This document shows, piece by piece, positions 45,082-51,437 of a DNA stretch of 51,437 bases. The stretch is from a virus (Duplodnaviria > Caudoviricetes): the IMG/VR virus record IMGVR_UViG_3300021378_002534, positions 1 to 51,437 of that record, one strand, 5' to 3'. Position 1 is the stretch's first letter. Each line of letters opens with the position of its first letter. The notes beneath the pieces are model-generated. The model was not told the DNA's origin, searched no databases, and worked only from the letters and a program-made list of their open reading frames with translations. Made by a program: the position numbers and the translations under genes.

Positions 45082-45619
45082 AGTTGACTTTCAAGATAAA
45101 AAATTCAAAGAAACTTTAAAGTCGTACTTACTGGAATCTCAGCCTTACGAGGGTTATTCTTCTGATTTTTCTAATATTTATATAAATGATCGTGTAGAAA
45201 ACTTTATTAAAAGCGACCTCTCAAGAAGCGACTTCTCTTCTTCTTTTGTTTCTAACAAAGGAGACTCTCTATTTTTTCTTTTTTGCAAAAAAGATATACA
45301 AAACAACAGCTTACAGATTATATTTCCATTTCCAAATACTAAACTGGTTAACATTACATCCTTCACAAGATGGCCTTTTGCATTTTGTCATTTGATGTTG
45401 GATCAGCTTGAAAGGGCTGGTTTAGATAGAGCTTACGGAACCATAGAGAGAAAAAATAAAAAATCTAACTACGAGAAAGCTCTTATAAGGTTTGGGCATA
45501 AAATGTTTGAAATTCAGGACGAAGAAGGACAAAGGTTTAAAAAAGTTGTGATTAAAAAAGAAAACTTGATAAAAGCTCACAAAAAACTTTCACGTTTATA
45601 TAAAAAATATGAAAGATGA
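45068..45619 (+). CDS. Hypothetical protein, paralog of the next gene, possible GNAT-like fold
   Basis: Shares several motifs with 45616..46158. ATG at 45068 preferred over 45017. Confidence 0.65.
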   Translation: MKINKVDFQDKKFKETLKSYLLESQPYEGYSSDFSNIYINDRVENFIKSDLSRSDFSSSFVSNKGDSLFFLFCKKDIQNNSLQIIFPFPNTKLVNITSFTRWPFAFCHLMLDQLERAGLDRAYGTIERKNKKSNYEKALIRFGHKMFEIQDEEGQRFKKVVIKKENLIKAHKKLSRLYKKYER

Positions 45620-46158
45620 AGCATTTAGACCTGCATATAAAAAATATAAATTTTGAAGACAAGGAGTTTCAAAGACTTTTTTCTTTTTATTATTTAAAAT
45701 CTTTCCCTTATGGAGATTCAAGCTCGATGAAAACCATTTCCTCTAGGATGAAGGGTGCAAATGATCTTTTGGATGATCTAAGAGGTGGTGATTTAAGTTT
45801 ATGCGTTCTTAATGAAGATGATTATATGTTTTTTACTTTCTTTAAAAAAGAAAATGATGGAATAAATCTTAGCTATGGTTTTCCCAACCAATCAACAAGA
45901 AGGCTTGGTACTCTGCATCTTGGTCTTTGTATTTACAAACAAATGCTAGAAGCCTTTGATTTTTTTGGTGTAAATGAAATATACGGAGAGATAGAGAGGG
46001 TTTTTAAAAAAGCCAACTACAGAAATTGGCTTAAAAGACACCTAAAAGTAAGATATTGTGACAGTCAAGACGGCGGCATAGATAGGGTTTACTTTCCAAA
46101 AGATGAAATAAAAAAACACTATGAAGAGTTGCAAATTAAAAATAATAGGAACAAATAG
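45616..46158 (+). CDS. Hypothetical protein, paralog of the previous gene
   Basis: FPN and YG.IER..KK.NY motifs shared with the previous gene. Confidence 0.65.
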   Translation: MKHLDLHIKNINFEDKEFQRLFSFYYLKSFPYGDSSSMKTISSRMKGANDLLDDLRGGDLSLCVLNEDDYMFFTFFKKENDGINLSYGFPNQSTRRLGTLHLGLCIYKQMLEAFDFFGVNEIYGEIERVFKKANYRNWLKRHLKVRYCDSQDGGIDRVYFPKDEIKKHYEELQIKNNRNK

Positions 46159-46378
46159 CTCAACAAAACACCTGGACGGCAAGATAATGTCTGGTGATTG
46201 CGGTTTTTTAATAAAGACTGGCTTCTTAAAAGAGCTGATTCTTGATGATCAGAAGTTCATTTTTGATGTTAAATCTATAGAGTTTATTGATTCTAATGTT
46301 TTCCTGAAGGGTTTTATTTCTGACGAAAAGAAAAATGTTGGTAGGGTTGTCATGAAATATTTGTCAAAAACAGATTAG
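46121..46378 (+). CDS. Hypothetical protein
   Basis: 85-aa ORF ending just before the GTGTA motif. Confidence 0.6.
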   Translation: MKSCKLKIIGTNSSTKHLDGKIMSGDCGFLIKTGFLKELILDDQKFIFDVKSIEFIDSNVFLKGFISDEKKNVGRVVMKYLSKTD

Positions 46379-46380
46379 TT

Positions 46381-46385
46381 GTGTA
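46381..46385 (+). promoter_or_regulatory. GTGTA motif heading the fibre/adhesin operon
   Basis: GTGTA-N9-ATG at 46395. Confidence 0.6.
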
Positions 46386-46394
46386 TGTATTTGT

Positions 46395-46646
46395 ATGTCG
46401 ACATCAACACAATCTACCCTTTTAAAACAAGTAGGTCACTACGGCGGAGAGCGTCTCGTAGGTGACCAAACAGTGTCTGGCAAATTCATGGCTATACATG
46501 CCCTTGCTGATACAACAGTACAGGCTGGCACTGAAGGAAGCATAGGCAATTTCGTTGGAGCTACAATCGTCCTTGGTGACGTTATCGTAGGTCAATGGAC
46601 AACATTACACCTTTCAGGGGACGCTATAGTATATTACGCAGACTAA
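46395..46646 (+). CDS. Small putative virion protein
   Basis: Gly/Thr/Val-rich, beta-strand-like 83 aa; first gene of the fibre operon. Confidence 0.65.
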   Translation: MSTSTQSTLLKQVGHYGGERLVGDQTVSGKFMAIHALADTTVQAGTEGSIGNFVGATIVLGDVIVGQWTTLHLSGDAIVYYAD

Positions 46647-46847
46647 ATGAGAACCCTAAGACTACTCAGCAATACAATAAGAAGACGGTTTGTAGCCGTA
46701 GTCTTAGCTACTGGTTGTTGTCTTGAATTATGGAAAGACAGCGAAGAGTGGGATGATGATTGCACTTGGGTTGATAACTGCGACGACAAATGGTATAGCT
46801 TAGAAGTCTGGAACAGCAATGAAATTTGGCCTATCTGTGATTACTAA
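46647..46847 (+). CDS. Small protein with basic N-terminus and Trp/acidic periodic C-terminus
   Basis: WKDSEEWDDDCTW and WYSLEVWNSNEIW, with Trp every 6 residues. Confidence 0.6.
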   Translation: MRTLRLLSNTIRRRFVAVVLATGCCLELWKDSEEWDDDCTWVDNCDDKWYSLEVWNSNEIWPICDY

Positions 46848-46871
46848 CAATTTAAAGAAAATATATAAAAA

Positions 46872-47294
46872 ATGGCACAAAACACTTTTACCCCTACTGG
46901 GACAGAAACCCATCTAAATGCGAGACTAGTATGGAATGGAAACGCAACTGATGCAGAGTCAAGACTCGGCGCACTTGAACTTGTAACGCCTCAGGTGGTC
47001 ACTTCTTCTGGTGGGGTTTTGTCTTTCGACAATTCCCTCGGAAGTAATCTTTCGGTAGAACTTTTTGAAGATATTACTGATATTTCTTTTACAAATGTCA
47101 GCAATGGAGACTCTGGTTTGATTGAGGTTACACAAGACTCTCTTGGTTCTTGGACTTGGTCCGCAGGATCTCATATAGTTTTGTCAGGAGACTTGGCTGA
47201 TCTAGTTCTTATAACACCAACGACTGGAGTAGCTACGGTGGCATGGTATTACAATGACTCAATACTGTATCTGTATGTCAGTGGAGTAGTATAA
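46872..47294 (+). CDS. Short fibre-like virion protein
   Basis: N-terminal NATDAESRL shared with 48143..49429; C-terminal beta domain (ISFTN...G.I.VTQD..G). Confidence 0.65.
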   Translation: MAQNTFTPTGTETHLNARLVWNGNATDAESRLGALELVTPQVVTSSGGVLSFDNSLGSNLSVELFEDITDISFTNVSNGDSGLIEVTQDSLGSWTWSAGSHIVLSGDLADLVLITPTTGVATVAWYYNDSILYLYVSGVV

Positions 47295-47308
47295 AAATTT
47301 ATCTTAAA

Positions 47309-47800
47309 ATGAAAACTTATCAATTAATTAAACTAAGCCCATTAAAGCTTCAATACTCAAGTGTTAATGGTCTGCCATCATCCTTGACAAGGGATGCTGC
47401 CGCACCATCTACGCCAGATGGTTACGAATATGTCGAGAACCTGCCTAGCCCTGAAGAAGCAGCTCCAGAAGGACAATATTACGTTAGAGAACTGACGACG
47501 GAATCATATGGCTGGAAACTAGAGACTATTATTGAACCGCCTATAGAAGAAGTTACAAACATCCAAATGAGAGATGCCTTGATTGACGAGGGTCTTCATG
47601 ATACAGTTGACGATATTATTGCGGCAATGCCTGAAACTACAGATCAGGAAATTATCGATAAAAAGAAAATGTATGATTGGTGGCAACACGCTGCTATTTT
47701 TAGGCGTGACAATGCCCGTATAGCAACAATGCAAGCAGCGTTAGGTCTTACGGATGAGGAAGTTGACGCTATATTTTTAAATGCTTCATTAGTAGATTAA
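47309..47800 (+). CDS. Tail-fibre assembly/chaperone-like protein
   Basis: VTNIQMRDAL...W..A..FRRD...LGLTDEEVDAIF, a pattern typical of fibre-adjacent phage proteins. Confidence 0.65.
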   Translation: MKTYQLIKLSPLKLQYSSVNGLPSSLTRDAAAPSTPDGYEYVENLPSPEEAAPEGQYYVRELTTESYGWKLETIIEPPIEEVTNIQMRDALIDEGLHDTVDDIIAAMPETTDQEIIDKKKMYDWWQHAAIFRRDNARIATMQAALGLTDEEVDAIFLNASLVD

Positions 47801-47805
47801 TAATA

Positions 47806-48138
47806 ATGAGTTTGCTAAATGAAATATCAAATCCAGATGCCGACTTAAAAAAGAAAGTATCTAGAATTAGGTATATAAACCTCACAATAATAAAAGAAAT
47901 AATAAGATTCTGGAATGAAAGCAACGATTCTATATGGAATGGCTCAAATACTCAACAGATTCTTGACGAATTAGGAGAAGACGCTGAAGAAGTTTTAGAG
48001 ATAGACAAAGAAATATTAAATCTACTTTCAAACATACTAGGTGGTCGCCGTCAATCAGAGCTTGATTCAATAATTGCTAAGATATCAACTAGACCACAAA
48101 TATCAACAGATAGCAACGGAAACACAAAAATAATTTAA
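47806..48138 (+). CDS. Hypothetical protein in the fibre operon
   Basis: 110-aa helical ORF, tightly packed with neighbours. Confidence 0.65.
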   Translation: MSLLNEISNPDADLKKKVSRIRYINLTIIKEIIRFWNESNDSIWNGSNTQQILDELGEDAEEVLEIDKEILNLLSNILGGRRQSELDSIIAKISTRPQISTDSNGNTKII

Positions 48139-48142
48139 AACA

Positions 48143-49429
48143 ATGGCCCAAACACCTTTTAATCCGACCCCTGGAGTATCTACGCATCAAGATTGCGTGG
48201 ATACAATTAATGCAAACGTCACTGACGCAGAGAGTAGGCTCGAATCGCTTGAGTCTGCGCCTCCAGCTCACACCCACACGGTTTCAGAGATCACAGATAT
48301 CGCCGCTAACACAACTCTAGATTCTGTTACAGCAAACGGAGCAACTACAACAAACGATATTAGTGTAGGCAAGATTGTAACATTACATCCAACTAATTCA
48401 GTCAACGACAACACAGCCGCTGGCAACCAAGCCTGTTCTATTGGAGGAGTTGCAAACGTAGTAAACGGGAATCGGTCAGTAAGTTATGGAGGGCGTGAGA
48501 ACCAAGTGCCAGGCAACGACAGTTCTGCAATCGGAGGCTTCGGTCAAGTTGTGATTGGGCAAGAAGCGGAAGGATTAGGTTCAACAGACACAACCCTTAA
48601 CACAAAATACACAAGCGCGATTGGAACAATCAACAGCGTTGTCGGACTAGCTGGAGAGGGAACGTCATCAACATCCGCAGCACATTCTGCGGTTCTTGGA
48701 GGCAACACAAACATAATCGAAAGCGCAACTCAAGCGGTAATAATTGGTGGTTCTACAAACACAATACAATCTACCCACCATCGCTCAACTATCTTAGGTG
48801 GTCAGAATATCACAACCGATGCAGCGGATACAGCATACGTTCCAAACCTTAATGTTGGTGCAGGATTCAAAATGCCAACAGGAGCAACTGATGGGTATGT
48901 CCTCACGACTGACGCAGGTGGTGTTGGAACGTGGCAACCTTCAGCTGGAGGGCAAATAACTGTTTCTGATATTGATTCTGCGACAGCCGTAAGCGGTTAC
49001 GTTATCACTGCAGATGGTGGCGGAAATGCAACTTGGGAAGAAGCACAAGGAGGCGGAGGAGGCGGATTCAGTCTTGCTACGGTTACTACTCCTACATATA
49101 CTCAAATACCGCAACACACTCATCATCTTTATGACGACACTGATTTAGGAGGCGGTGAAAGTGGCAGTGGCAGTGGCAGTGGCAGTGGCAGTGGCAGCGG
49201 CGGTTCAGGTCCGTGCATGACTGTAGAGCTACTTGACCCAACTTTACATGATGGAGTTACAACTCACAAAAAAATAGGTTCTTCATGCGATGTGCTTTTG
49301 TTACCTCCTAGCGGATGCACTATAGATGGCGTTGTTAGTGATGGTAGTGTTAGCGGTTATGTTTTGACATCACAATATGAATCTGTATCAATATTTAGTG
49401 ACGGAGTTAGCGGTTACTACATACAATAA
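48143..49429 (+). CDS. Tail fibre/spike with beta-helical GG-x-N repeats and an (SG)7 tract
   Basis: TLDSVTANGATT; repeated S.I.GG..N; GYVLTTDAGGVGTW twice; SG repeat. Confidence 0.8.
   Translation: MAQTPFNPTPGVSTHQDCVDTINANVTDAESRLESLESAPPAHTHTVSEITDIAANTTLDSVTANGATTTNDISVGKIVTLHPTNSVNDNTAAGNQACSIGGVANVVNGNRSVSYGGRENQVPGNDSSAIGGFGQVVIGQEAEGLGSTDTTLNTKYTSAIGTINSVVGLAGEGTSSTSAAHSAVLGGNTNIIESATQAVIIGGSTNTIQSTHHRSTILGGQNITTDAADTAYVPNLNVGAGFKMPTGATDGYVLTTDAGGVGTWQPSAGGQITVSDIDSATAVSGYVITADGGGNATWEEAQGGGGGGFSLATVTTPTYTQIPQHTHHLYDDTDLGGGESGSGSGSGSGSGSGGSGPCMTVELLDPTLHDGVTTHKKIGSSCDVLLLPPSGCTIDGVVSDGSVSGYVLTSQYESVSIFSDGVSGYYIQ
49160..49201 (+). repeat. Coding hexanucleotide microsatellite (AGTGGC)6 AGCGGC, encoding (Ser-Gly)7
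   Basis: Read directly from the sequence. Confidence 0.95.
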
Positions 49430-50130
49430 TGTCCCATTCAACTAAAATACCATCAATTTCGAAAACAACATCTCAACTGCCAACCAATGTTGAAGATGGT
49501 ACTACTGCTTTCGATACAGATCAAAACGCTTTAGTAGTTAGAGTTGCTGGTGCTTGGGAAAAAGCTGGCGGTTCAGGAGGAGAAACCCCAACCGTTGTGT
49601 ATGATGATGGCGCTGCAGTTGGAAATACAGACCAAATCCAAGGAGATATCCCTGATAATTGGAAGGATACTGATACAAGCTTAAAAGGTTTAGTGATTGG
49701 AACTTCATGCACATCTATTGGTAACAGGGCATTCTCCAATTGCAACCTCTTAACTGGCTCGTTAATTATTCCAGATAGTGTTACGAGTATCGGGGTAAGT
49801 GCTTTTGGTAGTTGCTCTGGCTTAACCAGCTTAAATCTTGGGAATGGTCTTGTAACTATTGAAAGATATGCTTTTCTAAACACGACCAATTTGACTGGTA
49901 CGTTAACGATTCCCAATAGCGTCAAAACCATAGGTCAGTCTGCCCTTGGCGTGGGTGACGGTGTAACAAATATGCATTGTTATGTTGAAAAAAGCGTTTT
50001 AGGGACAGATACTATCAATAACACTCAAATTGCAACCATTCATGCTAGAGCGACTGATTCAACATGGACAGCTGGTTCGGGGCAAACAATTGGAGGGAAA
50101 ATAGGTATAACCGTAATCAAAGATTTATAA
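49429..50130 (+). CDS. Short BspA-type LRR protein, array member 1
   Basis: LVIGTSCTSIGNRAF and IPDSVTSIG repeats; conserved caps MSH.TK.P and WTAG.GQTIGGK.GI.VIKDL. Confidence 0.9.
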   Translation: MSHSTKIPSISKTTSQLPTNVEDGTTAFDTDQNALVVRVAGAWEKAGGSGGETPTVVYDDGAAVGNTDQIQGDIPDNWKDTDTSLKGLVIGTSCTSIGNRAFSNCNLLTGSLIIPDSVTSIGVSAFGSCSGLTSLNLGNGLVTIERYAFLNTTNLTGTLTIPNSVKTIGQSALGVGDGVTNMHCYVEKSVLGTDTINNTQIATIHARATDSTWTAGSGQTIGGKIGITVIKDL

Positions 50131-50147
50131 ATTAAAAAAATAAAAAA

Positions 50148-50723
50148 ATGAAATATTTAATAACAGATCCACAAGGTGGAGTAATTAGAGTGTCAGAAAC
50201 AATTCCTACTGATGAGGAACTTGGGGGCTTTCTTGTTTATCATGAAATTTCAGATGAGGACGCAGCAACAGTTGAGGCGAGTCAAGAGCGTCTTTATTAT
50301 ATCGATGGAAGCTTAACTGATTTTGATGGTTACATTCAAAATGCAAAACACCAAAAATATCTATCTTCACTTGACCAAAACGATCTTGAAAAAAGTAAGG
50401 AACTTTCTCGGGATTATTATGCCGAAAAAAGATACGACTATGAGGTTTCAGGAACTTCGGTTGGGGGTCTTGCTGTAAGAACAGATAGGTTTACTGTTGA
50501 TAGAATCTATCAAGCAAGAGTGTTAGCAAAAGAAGATGCTGCATTTACTACTGATTGGAAGCTTGGCGACGGCACATTTGTAACCCTCGATGCTGCAACA
50601 GTTATAGTTATTGGTGATGCAGTTACAGTTCATCTGAAAGATGCATTTTCAAAAGAAAAGGTTGCCAATCAATCTATTGATGCGGCTACAACTATCGCTG
50701 AATTAGAGTCAATCATCTGGTAA
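50148..50723 (+). CDS. DUF4376-like tail-fibre-associated protein
   Basis: RYDYEVSG...TD...WKLGDGTFVTLDA...H...F.KE...IAELESIIW. Confidence 0.75.
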   Translation: MKYLITDPQGGVIRVSETIPTDEELGGFLVYHEISDEDAATVEASQERLYYIDGSLTDFDGYIQNAKHQKYLSSLDQNDLEKSKELSRDYYAEKRYDYEVSGTSVGGLAVRTDRFTVDRIYQARVLAKEDAAFTTDWKLGDGTFVTLDAATVIVIGDAVTVHLKDAFSKEKVANQSIDAATTIAELESIIW

Positions 50724-50724
50724 T

Positions 50725-51414
50725 ATGAGTCATACCCCAAAAACCCCAACACCATCTTACACAACGGCGAATCTTCCGACTGATTTGCCAGAGGGTTCTG
50801 TGGTTTTTGATTCAAGTCTTCAGAAACTCGTAAGCTTTAAGCTTGGTTCATGGGGTACTCTTGGTGGTGTAGGATCTACCACTTACGTTAGAGATAATGT
50901 AGCTGGAGTTATTGACCAAATCCAAGGTGATATACCAGAAGACTGGAAAAACAACGACTCATTTTTAAAAGGATTAGTAATTGGCACAAGTTGCACAAGT
51001 ATTGGGAATAGTGCTTTTATAAATTGCTTTGGCTTCACTGGTTTGTTAGTTATTCCAGATAGTGTTACGACTATTGGGGATTATGCTTTTTACTTTTGTA
51101 ACTTTGGTGGCGCATTAACTATTGGAAGTAGTGTTACAAGTATTGGTGATGGTGCTTTTGGTACTTGTGCCTTTAGTGGTTCATTAACCATTCCAAATAG
51201 CGTTACAAGTATTGGTGATGGTGCTTTTGGGTATAACGCTGCTTTAACGAACGTTGATTGTTACGTCGAGAAAAGTTTATTGGATGTTCCAAGTTGTCTT
51301 TTAGGCACTGGCGTCACGACAATCCACGTTCGCTCAACTGATTCAACTTGGACAGCTGGTGCTGGTCAAACCATTGGGGGAAAGACAGGCATCGAGGTAA
51401 TTAAAGATTTATAA
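50725..51414 (+). CDS. Short BspA-type LRR protein, array member 2
   Basis: Paralog of 49429..50130 with the same caps. Confidence 0.9.
   Translation: MSHTPKTPTPSYTTANLPTDLPEGSVVFDSSLQKLVSFKLGSWGTLGGVGSTTYVRDNVAGVIDQIQGDIPEDWKNNDSFLKGLVIGTSCTSIGNSAFINCFGFTGLLVIPDSVTTIGDYAFYFCNFGGALTIGSSVTSIGDGAFGTCAFSGSLTIPNSVTSIGDGAFGYNAALTNVDCYVEKSLLDVPSCLLGTGVTTIHVRSTDSTWTAGAGQTIGGKTGIEVIKDL
51133..51230 (+). repeat. Exact 29-bp direct repeat, copies 69 nt (one LRR unit) apart
   Basis: GTTACAAGTATTGGTGATGGTGCTTTTGG at 51133 and 51202. Confidence 0.9.
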
Positions 51415-51415
51415 A

Positions 51416-51437
51416 ATGTCACACACAAGAAAAACAC
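51416..51437 (+). CDS. Start of a probable third array member (3'-truncated)
   Basis: MSHTRKT matches the MSHSTKI and MSHTPKT starts of the two paralogs. Confidence 0.6.

Noticed and set aside
1257-49931. Many short antisense or alternate-frame ORFs in the track (e.g. 1257..1565, 5198..5554, 6602..6784, 16637..16960, 49521..49931)
   Set aside because: They overlap well-supported genes or promoters and carry no recognisable motifs; treated as shadow ORFs.
49429-51414. Diversity-generating retroelement acting on the LRR genes
   Set aside because: No reverse transcriptase in the window, and differences between the paralogs are not adenine-specific.
1-51437. Stop-codon reassignment
   Set aside because: Genes are full length and densely packed under the standard code, and TAA, TAG and TGA all end recognisable proteins.
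1-51437. Bacterial chromosome or eukaryotic giant-virus origin
   Set aside because: The lambda-like tail-tip operon, phage-type dNMP kinase and bacterial-type promoters indicate a tailed phage; no ribosomal or NCLDV core genes were seen.

Overview
This AT-rich window is part of a large tailed dsDNA phage (Caudoviricetes) genome in the standard genetic code. From left to right it contains: (1) a 5'-truncated BspA-type leucine-rich-repeat gene; (2) a minus-strand block (dNMP kinase, sigma factor, SSB, GT4, Hsp20); (3) a repeat-rich divergent intergenic region that may be an origin; (4) a class Id-type ribonucleotide reductase; (5) a glycan cluster (GT2, GT6, GT2, NDK/ParB-like, NTase-like, FkbM, GT11, GMD); (6) a replication module (RecA-like, endonuclease, DnaB, primase, PD-(D/E)xK nuclease, and a DNA polymerase III alpha spread over PHP, DnaQ-like exonuclease and core ORFs); (7) ClpA/C, a kinase-like protein, a Whirly-like protein, GT4/GT9, an annealing-protein-like gene and a GNAT; (8) a lambda-like tail-tip operon L-K-I-J; (9) a fibre/adhesin operon ending in an array of paralogous BspA-LRR genes. 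The leading candidate for an undescribed system is phage-encoded virion glycosylation: GT11 plus a DXD-type GT6 would give a blood-group-A-like cap, and some putative structural proteins are enriched in Ser/Thr-Gly, including a serglycin-like acidic-(SG)7 tract. Also notable are three promoter classes (sigma70-like, sigma54, and a GTGTA-N9-11-start motif) that appear to drive nearly leaderless mRNAs. All family assignments come from motif recognition by eye; no database searches were run. No tRNA, rRNA, CRISPR array, intein or transposase was seen.
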